A DNA stretch of 64,000 nucleotides, from NCBI RefSeq assembly GCF_006345805.1, contig NC_042998.1, forward strand, positions 45,198,001 through 45,262,000. The letters run 5' to 3'. Shown piece after piece: positions 37,067 to 49,552 of this stretch. Within the stretch, counting starts at the first letter, position 1. Each line of letters begins with the position of its first letter. The notes beneath the pieces are model-generated. The model saw only the letters and a list, made by a program, of their open reading frames with translations. It was not told the origin of the DNA and searched no databases. The stretch is from Octopus sinensis. Lineage: Eukaryota. The translations under genes were made by a program, and so were the position numbers.

Positions 37067-37929
37067 CTACAATAGAAAAAAATAAATAAATTACTTAAAT
37101 AACAACAAACTATATTCTTGAAGGTATTTTTTTTTTCAACTGATATAATTTAGTTTCTATAATTAAGTAAAAAAAAATAAAGGCACGTCGCAAATCCAAT
37201 TTTAACAAGTTTCATTACCAACACAGTAACCTAAGAACTGACCTGACACCTTGTTTCAGTCAGTTCTAAAGTACACTAACCCTTATAACATCTGAACCAG
37301 CCATGTCCAAGCCAAATATTCTACTAGTTTTATGTTCAAACTGGCCAGATCTGGCCTCTCACACTTACCTATAATGTCATTCTAAAAATATACAACAACA
37401 TCAAAATCTTGAAGGTATGAGATAATGCATAATTAACTCAAAACAATATGAATAGATGAGAATTAGATTTGACAGAGCAAGCTAAATGCCAAAAGTGTTA
37501 ATACAAAATTTCCAAAATTCCTTTATTTTTCCTATATAAGTTCTTTCATAAAAGTGATCAAATACTACACAATGTCCTTGCCCTTTTCACAAACATTAGC
37601 TAAGAAGTGAAGGTAGAAGGCCTCAATTCAATTCAACTGCAATTAAAGTCATGAGCTTGGCACAAAAAAAATTAATTAGTTACTTGAATACTGAACTTCT
37701 GATCACTATCACAATACAAACCACATTTGTTTGTCAAACTGGAAAAAAAAATATCATTCCAAATTCAGTTGAACCTCATTTAAGTTAACTTAAATTCTAT
37801 ACTGGCTTCAGTTGATATATAAATCAACATGAAATGGATATTAAAACCAAAGCAATGATTGAACACTGCAAGTACTTGCTGGTGAAAAAAAAAAACAATA
37901 CATTTTCAAACAATATATAAATTCTATAC

Positions 37930-38270
37930 TCTCTCTTTTACTTGTTTCAGTCATTTGACTGCGGCCATACTGGAGCACTGCCTTTAGTCGAGCAAATCGA
38001 CCCTGGGACTTATTCTATCGGTCTCTTTTGCCGAACCGCTAAGTGACGGGGATGTAAACACACCAGCATCGGTTGTCAAGCAATGCTAGGGACACACACA
38101 CATACATATATATGACAGGCTTCTTTCAGTTTCTGTCTACCAAATCCACTCACAAGGCATTGGTCGGCCTGGGGCTATAGCAGAAGACACTTGCCCAAGA
38201 TGCCACGCAGTGGGACTGAACCCGGTGGTTGGTTAGCAAGCTACTTACCACACAGCCACTCCTGCGCCTA
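37930..38270 (-). mobile_element. tRNA-derived CORE-type SINE
   Basis: Same family. Confidence 0.85.
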
Positions 38271-39844
38271 TAACATAACATATTACTAACTTAACTGAAA
38301 CTAATCTTATCCACTAACCTAAAAAGCAGTCCACAAAGCTTACTAAACACCTTACCTGCACTCATACCAAACTAATACATGACCTACACAGTAAAACAGG
38401 AGATAGTAAGTACAGTCTATGTTGCCGACCTCACTATACACAATATCAACCACTGTATGTACAACCAACCACAAACCTAGAAACACACTAGTACAAATCA
38501 ACACCATTGTGAAACACCTGATACACATGAAAATGAGCTAACCATTACACTGATGAGTATAATATGGCTCAGATAAAATAAAAATGGATTACTCTATGTA
38601 ACATTGATAACCATACTATGTTCAAAATCTGTGCTAAGTTCTTAACTTTAATGAAGTTATGTGAACTGAAACTAAAAAAATAAGCATAACTAGTCTAGAG
38701 CTAACCGTTATGTTGATAAGTACAGACTGGCTGTAAAAAAAAAAAAAAAATGAAATACTCTATGTTTCTGATTAGCCACCAGTATGCCATAATTCTCACA
38801 AGACTTGCCCTAACTTTTCTATGATCCCACTATTTCCTTCAGTATGTGGATAGCTAAGTTCATATGGTAGCAGACAGTTAGCTAAGTTAACAGTTCACTT
38901 TCTGTCACCAGCAACTTAGCTCTACCACAAGTGATCATACAGTGATAGAAATTACCAGTGTAAGTAGTGATAGCATTATAGAATTAAGAAGTAATTTGTT
39001 GTAATACAATGAGAGGGTTCAATTCAACCTATGGGAAAACTATCTACACTAAATCAGTCTCTTGGCCAAGATCACATTTATCTCATTCACTTAATGCTAT
39101 GGAAATTGTAATTCAGAAAGAAAAAAAAAGTTACTTCCCGTCGCACACAGAACATTAGCTTCAACATGAAAATCCCATCTATAAACTGAATTAGTTGTCA
39201 CATAAAAGATCAGTAATTTCATCAACACAATTAGAAGTCAGGCCTCCTCTTCTGTCAGATGAGGTAAAATTTCTTCTTAGGAATTTGTCCTCTTGGCTTT
39301 GAAGGAACCACAAAATTCATTCAGAAAAAAACCCCACTCTCATGCACTTTTGAAATTTGGAAAGAAAATTAGTTCAAAGATATGTACCTAGTCAAAATAC
39401 CAAGATATTGAACTTTTCAACTCATGATATTCGCTTTGGTTTTTAGCTATTTCTAAATCACGAGAATTGTACATTGATGATGTTTTACTATTCTCTATAG
39501 TTTAATAATAACTAAAATGTATGAGATTTTCTCAATATTATAATTCAATGTAAAGAGACTACATGAAAAACAAAAGACACTTCCATACAATATTGCACCA
39601 ACTATTTTTTCTTTCAAATCCAGACATCAGAACTGATAGATGAGCAAAAGAAATGTTTCCAAGAGGCTCTCCTGCATACCACACAGATAATGAATGACTG
39701 CAACCTCATTATCACAAGTGATGACAGAAATGGATTTGTTAGGCAACACCATGATGGTTACTCCAGTCTACATGGAAGCTATGAATATGGTAGGAGGATT
39801 AATAAAAGGGTCAACATTCTTAGAATCTTTTTTTTTACACAAAT

Positions 39845-40217
39845 AGGCACAGGAGTGGCTGTGTGGTAAGTAGATTGCTTACCAACCACATGGTTCTGGG
39901 TTCAGTCCCAGTGCATGGCACCTTGGGCAAGTGTCTTCTACTATAGCCTTGTGAGTGGATTTGGTAGATGGAAACTGAAAGAAGCCCGTCATATATATAT
40001 GTGTGTGTGTATATGTTTGTCTCCCCAAAATCTCTTGACAATCGATGCTGGTGTGTTTACGCCTCAGTAACTTAGTGGCTCAGCAAAAGAGACTGATAGA
40101 ATAAGTACTAGGCTTACAAAGAATAAGTCCTGGGGGTCGATTTGCTCGACTAAAGGCAGTGCTCCAGCATGGCCACAGTCAAATGCCTGAAACAAGTAAA
40201 AGAGTGAAAGAGAGAGT
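39845..40217 (+). mobile_element. tRNA-derived CORE-type SINE
   Basis: Same family. Confidence 0.85.
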
Positions 40218-41424
40218 AAATAACCTAGCTATTTACAATGCTAATTTTCGAAAAACCAGCCAACTACCTGATCACCTACCAATCAAGAAGACTTCATAAT
40301 CACCAGAAAACTGGATAGGCATACACGGTTGTAAATACTAAATCTTTTTTTCTAGTATATATTACATGTAGAGAATCAGAAAAAAAGAAGTTTGCCAATG
40401 TTCTGCAATAAAAGGGTCAGAGAGGTAGGGTGTTCCAGAGTGTAAAACAGTATGGCAGTGTGAATGAACCCTTTAGCATTCAGATTACTGTCAAATGTAA
40501 TGCTCATTTATTCACAGTATTTTCACTTCATCCTGCATTATCTCAAGACTTCAAGATTACAATTATGCGATTTTATATTTTTAGAATAAAATTGTAGGGT
40601 AGAGATGAGAGACCAGATCTGGCCAGTTTGGACATAAAACAGGTACAATATTTGGGCCAGATATGACCGGTTTAAATGCTAACGGGTTACAACATTATCC
40701 TTGAAGTGTTTAGTTGAATAAATCAATCAAGTCCTCATTGTACCAGTCTCATTTGCTGAACTAAATTACAGGGACATAAACAAACCAACATCAATTGTCA
40801 AGTAGTGGGCACAAATACATACATATACACATAATGGGTTGCCACAGTTTCTGTCTACCAAATTCACTCACAAGGCATTGGCTGGCCCAGAGCTAAACAG
40901 AAGACACTTGCTCAAGTTGACACACCAGTGGATCTAAACCCAAAACCACACCCTTTCAAAACAAGCTTCTCGGCCATACAGCCATGCCTGCACTTGCTAG
41001 GCAACCTTACTTACTAAACTCAGATAAGTTTATTTACATTGTTCGACCTTCAACACCAACAAATATCATTTTCACTGTCAGTGTACCCACCTCAACTAGT
41101 GACTATTTTTAACAACGTAAAACACAAAGCCATGTATTATTTTTAGAGTGTTCACTAATCACTAGTATACAAACTCTGAAAGAAAATAAATGTTTTGCAC
41201 CAGTTATTAACAATCACTTGCTTTCATGTTTCTTACCTCTGTCATGATCTCTCACTTTCTAGGTTACAAGCTAATCGCACATAACATCTTTATTCAATAC
41301 TATTTTTTCATAGAGGAGAAAGAAAATTATCACTGTCACTAAAAAATTACTCAGACGTGATTGCACAAAGAATAGGATAGGATATACTATTCATTTCAAA
41401 AGCATAGAAAATTAAAAGACAAAT

Positions 41425-41647
41425 TAACCCTTTTGTTACCAACCCGACCGAAACCGGCTCTGGCTCTGAGTACAAATGTCTTGCTTACATAAGTTTTGAA
41501 TTAAAATCTTCCACCAAACCTAAGTCACAATTTATGTTCCTAACACTAGCTGAATGATAAATTATTTTACTAAATTTTTGGTTATATTTAAAGTAATTGA
41601 AAGAAACACAGAACATCTCAAAATAAATACAGTAATGAAAGGGTTAA
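41425..41647. mobile_element. piggyBac-like (TTAA) MITE, second copy
   Basis: High similarity to 10458-10686; TTAA-CCC...GGG-TTAA ends. Confidence 0.8.
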
Positions 41648-42070
41648 TACTTATATTGCTATTTTGGATTCTCTATAGTCAACTTATTCAGCTTTTAACT
41701 CTTTAGAATTTAAACCATCCAAAGTCTTCTACCTGTTTTATGTTCAAACCAGCATGATCTAGCCTCTCACACCTATCCTGCAATGTTATTCTAAAAATAG
41801 ACAGCAACATCACCAAAATCTCATGGTTACAAGATAATGCAGATTAATCCAAAACAGTTTGAATAAATAAGTATATTTGACAGAGTAATCTGAGTGCCAA
41901 AAGACCCTAGAATGAAACCATGTAATCTGAGAAAACTAGAGTAAGTTTTGCAAATGATATGTGTGAAATACACTAACTTTAGGCATTCTCCTCTCCATCA
42001 TTTTTGCAGAGGGGCAACACAAATTATGGCCAAAACAAAATGTAGAAAATTATAAAAAATTGTTACCTAC

Positions 42071-42141
42071 ATTTTAACTAATAAAAACCAATTCCTCAAG
42101 GGAGATTTTACAACAATTCTTTGAAGTTTAAGAGTTTTCAT
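42071..42141 (-). CDS. RPP14: RPP14 coding exon 1 (MKTLKLQRIVVKSPLRNWFLLVK-I)
   Basis: Acceptor tttttag, then GAAG ATG; donor AT|gtaggt (phase 2). Aligns to human RPP14 YERVVYKNPSEYHYMKVCL and joins in frame to the next exon. Confidence 0.85.
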
Positions 42142-42842
42142 CTTCCTAAAAAGCAATAAAATAAAACAATTGAATATAAAACTTTAAAAAAAAAGAAAAG
42201 AAAAATCTCAGACACAAGTGTGCCTGAGTGGTAGAAAGCTTGCTTCCTAACCACATGTCACCTTGGGCAAGTATCTTCTACTATAACAACAGACCAACCA
42301 AGGCCTTGATGAGTGGATTTGGTAAATGGAAATTGAAAGACAACCATTGTATATATATATATATATATGTATATATCTGCATGTTTTTGTATCTGTTTAT
42401 CCCCCTCCCCCATCACCACCTGAAAACTGGTGTTGGTGTGTTTACATCCCCATAATTTAGCAGTTTAGCAAAAGAACCAATAGAATAAGTACTAGGCTTT
42501 GAAAAAAACGTCATGGGATCGATTTGTTCAACTAAAACCCTTCAAGGCAGTCCTCCAGCATGGCTACAGTCAAATGATTAAAACAATAAAACAATATCAA
42601 TCAGAAATTTAAGGTGAATACAATTAATTACTGTAATGCTTTTATTATTTTGAAAGTTGCAGGCATGGCTGTATGGTTAGATATGAAGTTTGCTCCCCAG
42701 CTACATGGTTCCAAGTTCAGTTCTACTGCATTGGCACCTTGGGCAAATGTCTTCCACAATAGCTTCTTGATTCAATTCAGGTCACAGCATATACTTGATA
42801 TGTTTCTTTATCAAGTGATTTTGGTGAAGCACTATATAGTAT

Positions 42843-43320
42843 TCATCATCATCATTTAACGTCCGCCTTCCATGCTAGCATGGGTGGACGATTTGACTGA
42901 GGACTGACGAACCAGATGGTGGCACCAGGCTCCAATCTGATCTGGCAGAGTTTCTACAGCCGGATGACCTTCCTAACGCCAACCACTCCGAGAGTGTAGT
43001 GGGTGCTTTTACATGCCAACCTGGCAATAGTGGCAACGGCCACACTCAAATTATGTTTTTTACATCCCACCTGCACAGGTAACGACCTCGCTCGAATGTT
43101 TTGTTCGTGCACCACCGGCACAAGTGCCAGTAAGGCAACACTGATAATGATCACGCTTAAATAGTGCTTTTTACATGCCACCGGCACGGAAGCCAGACAG
43201 CTGCTCTGGCAGTGATCCCACTTGGATGGAGCTGTTAGCGCTCCACTGGCACAGGTGCCAGTCATCGAATTTGGTTCAATTTCGATTTCACTTGCCCCAA
43301 CAGGTCTTCGAAAGCAGAGT
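42843..43320 (-). mobile_element. RTE LINE 3'UTR copy
   Basis: Same family. Confidence 0.85.
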
Positions 43321-43429
43321 TTAAAAACAAATGATGGTTGGTTACAGAAAGGGCATTTGTCCAATGAAAATCTACTTCAATAAACCCTCTCTAAGCATAG
43401 AAAAGTCAACATTAAAATGATAATGATGT

Positions 43430-43730
43430 GATGGTTTCAGCAATGGTGAGTAACAAAGGCCATATTATACCACCTCACATCTTTCTACAGGAGTTTATAG
43501 ATAAAGCTGCTGGATACATCTGTCAAGTCCTGGATGGATGAAGTATCCAGTGGAAAGCCATACATGTTTCAACAAGACTCGGCACCTTCTCACAAAGCTC
43601 ACGTAACCCAAAAATGGATGTCAGACAATCATGTAACAACAAAATTGTCGCTTCCAAACTCACTAGATTTAAATCCCATGGACTACTACTTTGAAGTGTT
43701 GTTGAATAGACAACTAAGCCTTCTACAATA
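43430..43730 (+). mobile_element. Tc1/mariner (maT-like) transposase fragment
   Basis: PYMFQQDSAPSHKA..TQKW...PNSLDLNPMDYY. Confidence 0.78.
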
Positions 43731-43804
43731 GCTCAAGGTCAACAAATGCCTTGTAAATGAATTCAGTAGATGGTAACTCTGTGGAAGCCCATCATATATA
43801 CATA

Positions 43805-45184
43805 TAGTGTGTCCATAAAGCCACAATGGGATTTCAAAACTATTTATTGAAGTAACTTGCAACACTACACATTTCATATAGATGAAGAGACCAACTAATA
43901 AAGTTTACCTACAGTTTAGTGCAGTTCTATTTGGTGCCCTACGCACATCTAATCAATACTCCAGTTCTTGCCACACATGATGAAGAACATCAGGTGTAAC
44001 AGATTGAACAGCATCACTGATCCTCTTCAGGTGCTCAATGCTGATAACAGGAACACTGTACACATATTGCTTGACATAGCCCCAGAGGTAAAAATCTAAA
44101 GGTGTGAAGTCCAACAATTGTGGAAGCCAAGCTTTCCATCCACCCCTTCCTATACATCACTGTAGGACTGTCCTATCTGAAAAGTCACAGACAATTCTTC
44201 CATAGTGGAGGAGCCCAGTATTGAAAGAAGACACCTGCACCTACATCCCATATTTGTGGCACTGCATACAGGTCCAACATGTCAAGGTAGTTGTTAGACA
44301 TCACAGTTGGCTCTCCAAAGAAAAACAGCCCCATAACCCTATCAAGTGTGTGGGCACACCAGACATTCACCTTGTGATTGTCACACTTATGCATAATGTA
44401 GGCATGTGGCAGTTCCTCAACCCATATCCTGATATTATGACAATGAACATGCCCACACACATGGAATGTAGCCTCATCACTGAATACAATGTTCTGTAGG
44501 AATCATTCATCAATGACCATCACAAATATCTTCTCTGCAGCAAACTCAAATCTTTCAGATCTATCAGTTGGGCAGATAGCCTGTAACAACTGCAGTTTGT
44601 AAGCTGTAAATTAGAAATATTTCTTCAGGATTTTGTGAACTGCGATCTTCTTAAGGCCTAGTTGTTTAGCGCAGGTATGCACAGATTTTCTTGGGCTCCA
44701 TATGTAAGCATCCCTTACAGCCTCAGACTCATCACTAACTGACAGCCTGCCAGAACATTTTGCATCAACAAACTGCCAGTTTCTTAAGCTGGCAATCCCA
44801 ATGGCAAATGTTGATTTAGTGTGGTAGCTCATCATTAAACACATGACAATATTCATGAAAAACACGCATCACAAATTCAAATTTTTCAAGCCAAAGAATG
44901 TGCAGCACTTTCCTTTACAACATCCACATCTTGACAGATCCATTGGCTTGGCAGTGTTGTTCACATCACCGTCACGTGACAAGCTGCACGCACATCCCAA
45001 GTTTTCTTCACCCATCCAACTGGATGTGTGTAGGGCAACAAATGGAAGCCTAATTATATTGCACTGAACTGTACGTAAACTTTATTAGTTGGTCACTTAT
45101 TCAATGTGTGTATGAAATGTGCAGTGTTGTAAATGACATCAATAAATGGGTTTGAAATCTTACCATGACTTACAGACACATTGT
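43805..45184 (-). mobile_element. Decayed full-length Tc1/mariner-superfamily transposon
   Basis: Degenerate TIRs; SPRKSV...VHKILKK, FSDEATFH, HNIRIW, VNVWCA, YLDML, TPLDFYLWGYVK across frames. Confidence 0.82.
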
Positions 45185-45904
45185 ACATGTGTCTTTGGGT
45201 TTGTCCTTTGCCCCACTGTCTGGCAACCAGCGTTGGTTTGTTAACATCCCAAAACTTAGAGGCTCAGCAAAAGAGATTGATGGAACAAGTACCAGATTTT
45301 GGAGTCAAGGTGTTCGACTAAACTCTTCAAGGCAGTGCCCCAGCATGGTCACAGTTCAATGACTGAAACAAGTAAAAGATAAAGGATAGTCTAGTTGATA
45401 GGCTACCCACTCATAAGGCTAAGGGCAACTCGTGCTCTAGCAGAAAACAGTTATCCAACATCCATTTAGTGGTGAGGAACACACTTGGAATCACGTGTTT
45501 ATGAAATCTTCTGACCAAAAGTCCAAGTTGACTTCGATAGGATTTGATCCTGGAATTTAATAAAGCAGAACATTTTTCCTGGTGCTTTATGGATTCTATC
45601 AATCTACCACCCATGGATAAGAAGACTGAAAAAATATCACAATTAGAATCTAACAGTTCATCAGTAATTTGCTATATACTTATAAAAGGTTTCAAGCCTG
45701 CAACTACTATTGAGTAGGTTGTGACATAACTACACAAGTGTGCCCTCACCATAATTTGCTGAAAAATAGATACTGTTAGATGAAAATTTTCTATAAATAC
45801 ACTCCAAATGGTATAGATTATGATTATATCAAAATTAATTTTAAAAACTGTTTTGGATGCAGGAGAAAAGGAGACTTTTAATTTCAAATATAATTTACAT
45901 GAGT

Positions 45905-46240
45905 CCGTGATCATTACCTGCGTCACGTTACTAGCACTTGTGTTGGTGGCACATGAAAAAAACATTCGAGCGAGGTCGTTGCCAGTGCCGCTGGACTGGC
46001 TCCTGTGCAGGTGGCACATAAAAAGCATCATTTGAGTGTGACCATTGCCAGTACCACCAAACTGGCCCTCGTGCCGGTGGCACATAAAAGCACCTACTAC
46101 ACTCTCAGAGTGGTTGGTGTTTGGAAGGGCATCCAGCTGTAGAAACTGTGCCAGATCAGATTGGAGTCTGGTTCGCCAGACCTCAGTCAAATCATCCAAC
46201 CCATGCTAGAATGGAAAGCGAATGTTAAACGATGATGATG
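45905..46240 (+). mobile_element. RTE LINE 3'UTR copy
   Basis: Same family. Confidence 0.85.
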
Positions 46241-46254
46241 AACTTTGTTTCTTC

Positions 46255-46720
46255 ATAATTTTCAGAAAATAAGTGTGATGATGTGAAGATGTAAACTGAA
46301 GTCCTCCCACTGGGCACAAACCCGATGGGAAACAACAATACTGCTGAACAACCATGGTTAAATGTGGCTGGAATTGAGAAAACATTCTTGGACATCAGGG
46401 TTATGCATCTAAACACACCAACATATATAAACAAGAATTTGCCTTGGGTTTACGCAGCACATGGATGGAAGAAGAGATGTTACAAAGATCTGGTGCTTCA
46501 AATAGACGAAGGTCTCATTCACTCCTATAGTTAGGTCCATATCAGGAGGGATAGAACAGACTAACAAGCACAAGAAGGTTGTTCTTCTAACTGTTAAGAA
46601 ACGAAACGAAAGATACTCTGATGTTCTCAACTATATAAGAACAAGAATTAGAGTCAGTCTACTAAAGAGCATTCTAGCTGCAATTCATGGAATAAGACAG
46701 AACAAGCTTCACCTATTTCC
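46255..46720 (+). mobile_element. CRE-clade non-LTR retrotransposon, restriction-like endonuclease region, decayed
   Basis: EKTFLDIRVMHLN...YAAH..KKRCY...FTPIV.S..GG...ERYSDVLNYIRTRIRVSLLKSILAAIHG.R across frameshifts. Confidence 0.7.
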
Positions 46721-48405
46721 ATGCTGTTGTTCAACCTTGCTGAATTCACCGGAGGCTTGTAGGATCTTTTATACATAGTTCTCGGCGCTGTTATATATCG
46801 ATATTACGGCGGAGGTAAAGGATGTGGACTGCACCCACTTTTGGTTATTTTTTTTCCTTTTTCTAGACAAACCCACTTTTTTGACTGCGCAGATTACAAA
46901 TCTTCACAGTCGAAAAAAACCCAAAAATAATCAAAATAGGGTGTGGTCCATGTCCTCGCTCGACATTACACCTTTACAAGTTGGATCAAGGGTAATACAG
47001 CGTAATTTCGAAGATGAGGAATGCAGATAATTTTCAAATGAAATTTTCTACAAACTGGAATTTGTAAAAATTTCTTTTGAAGGGGAGAGGGATTTTGAAG
47101 GATTCAAATGTGCAGTTAGGTAAAGTAAACCCCAATACAAAAACTGCAGGAACTACTCAGAGATTTTGCAATCTCTTCTAAATCCATTGCAATACCGGAA
47201 ACCCATATTGTCAGCATGTATCTCAGGATCACAAGCCTTTCACCTCTTAGCCTGTATGCATCACCTGAGTGGGACAGCGATGACTGCTAATTTCTAGTTA
47301 AATTCCACAAAAATGAAAATATTGGCACCGATAGTTGTAAAGGGAGGTAAGCACGTCACTCAAATTCGTAGAAATTAAAAAAAAATTCTAAAGCGTGACA
47401 GTTTACATCTAAAGATACCCCGCAAAAACACCCCTTTTTTTATTTAATTTTTTTCGGCTACGGAGAAATCGAATCTGCAAAAATCGGCATTTTGAAATTC
47501 TCCCCTTTCCCCCAAATTCTTCGTTTTAAACTTTTTTCAGAAATTTTTGTTTTCAAAATGTGCAGAAAAATACGGAGATTGTGATTCTGAAAAAAATTTC
47601 GAAAACATTTTTGTAAAATTTTTTTTTCCACAAATTTTTTATGTCAAAATGTGCGGAAAAACACGGAGATTATGATTCTGAAACAAATTTCCAAAACTTT
47701 TCTACTTAGGGTTAGGGTTACGGAAAAAAAAAATGAAGAAAGTGTGTGTGTGGGGGGGGGGGGTTTCAAAATTCCGATTTTTTGCAATTTTCCGGAATCT
47801 CCGTATCCGAAAACGTGGGGTTTTGGCAAAAAAAATAATAAAATAATCTGCGAGAAAATCGGGGGAGGGAACGGAAGGAAGTCTTTCCCTGAAATCATTA
47901 TCACACGACATTAATCGCGAGAAATAGACCGGTTTGCAAAAAGTGCTCTTAGAATTAGTAACAAACGAAAACATTAAGGAATGCCAACATTAATTGCTTA
48001 ACCATTACTAATTTCATCGAATTCAAAACCTCCTAAAAAGTAACATTGCTTTTATTCTGAATTCGAAGGACATCATACCAAACTTAGAATAAACAAATAT
48101 AGTTGTTTACTATACAATATCTATAACAGGCATGAGAAATCTTTTACAAGAAGCGGGTCGCATAAAACAGTTCATCATCAGGTAAACCACACAAATGAAA
48201 AAATTCTGTACTATATAAAACAAAAATCTTTATCTATGATACTAAACTTTAAAGACACAAAAATCGATGAAATCTGTTTCGGAATATAACTCTTAGATTG
48301 AAAATAATAATTGTGCTGAAAATAAATACAAGGCTTAAATGAAATTTAAACGCACTGATGAACAGAGAAACGATAATTATAAAAAATATAAAACATGTGG
48401 TAATA

Positions 48406-48500
48406 CCTGATTTTTATATATATACATAAGCTGCATATACATCAAGAAACATGTGTTGTTATTATACGGACTTGCGCCATGCTGGAGGTGGGTTTCAAAT
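48406..48500 (-). other. Probable non-coding first exon of RPP14 with a short uORF (48480..48442, MAQVRIITTHVS*)
   Basis: Donor-like CAG|gtatta at 48406/48405 and CpG-richer context. Coding exon 1 has an acceptor 4 nt before its ATG, so an upstream exon is required. Exon start is approximate. Confidence 0.45.
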
Positions 48501-49200
48501 CGGCGCTACAACTGAGGCTGATGGGAAAAAAGAATCGCCAGTAAAAGTAATAAAATTTCAACGAAAATATTTCTCGTCTGCTTATTAAGCAAATTAATAA
48601 ACAAAAACTCTGATTTAGAATAGGAAATTGAAAATCAATTGAATTATAAATTAAATACTCGTGTTATACGTACTTTTATAGCAACGTTCAGGTGTTGTTA
48701 TCGCAAATAGAGAATGTGTTTGGCTTAGTAAAAAATATTTATAAATATAGATTTCGTATTATTTTAATTAAAAATAAGTATATAAATACTTTAAGAGAAA
48801 TATTTTGGTAAAATAAAAAAGCGAAACACTTCTCGTCAAGGTTACATAGTTGTTGTTTATAGGCCGCTCCCCTCATTAACATATATGCTATGGAAGCGTT
48901 GGCTGTATTGACATTAATTGGCGTTGTTGCCGCTCTCCTATAGCAATGTTAGAGTCATGGCTATAAACATACCTTTGGATACACCTGGCAATCGTAACAA
49001 ACTGTAGGTATTATTTGTTATAAATAATTTAACATATCCTGTAAAAAAAAAAAAAAAACTATGGAGAGACCTGAAGATTGTATTGGGATCTTACCAGTCT
49101 TCCGTTTTCTTTAATACACTGTAAACATAGAAACTGATGTGAAAACAAACACAATAATAAGGGTTGGAGATTGCATAACTTGACGGCGATCACCTAAAAG
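48480..49200. promoter_or_regulatory. Probable bidirectional promoter between RPP14 and the TBC1D12/14-like gene
   Basis: Repeat-free, CpG-retaining interval between divergent genes; no TSS data. Confidence 0.45.
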
Positions 49201-49552
49201 GTTAATGCCTCCGGATATTGTAAAAGATGCCTATAGTGAACTGTTCAATTATCTTTGTGATAAAAGTAGGGATTTTGAAAATTCTTTCGATAGATTCATT
49301 GGTGTTCAGCTTGTGTCTCGCCGTTTCAAATTTCTCCCAACCTCAGTTACCACAACACCAAAACATTCCGTTTATTATTTCTCTGTGCTCTCTCATAACA
49401 ATTGCTCTCCTCCTGTCTCTGTCGGTTCCATTTGTTTTTTGTCCAGCCCTCTCCTTTCTCTTCGTTTCCATCTCCACTTGTTCTTTGAAAGGCCTCATTA
49501 CAACGAAAAATCATTTCTTCTCATATCCTTGTCATCTGAATGGTTTTCAACC

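Noticed and set aside
45411-45625. 67-aa minus-strand ORF with acceptor- and donor-like flanks upstream of RPP14 coding exon 1
   Set aside because: No recognisable homology (not HTD2-like), and it stops before the donor. Could be a UTR exon but is unsupported.
48356-48380. CTGATGA ACAGA GAAAC hammerhead-like core
   Set aside because: No stem II, stem III or stem I pairing; chance match.
49205-49552. First 116 codons of the 708-aa ORF as the true N-terminus
   Set aside because: Pyrimidine-rich, UTR-like composition and a weaker start context; ATG 49553 has the better Kozak context.
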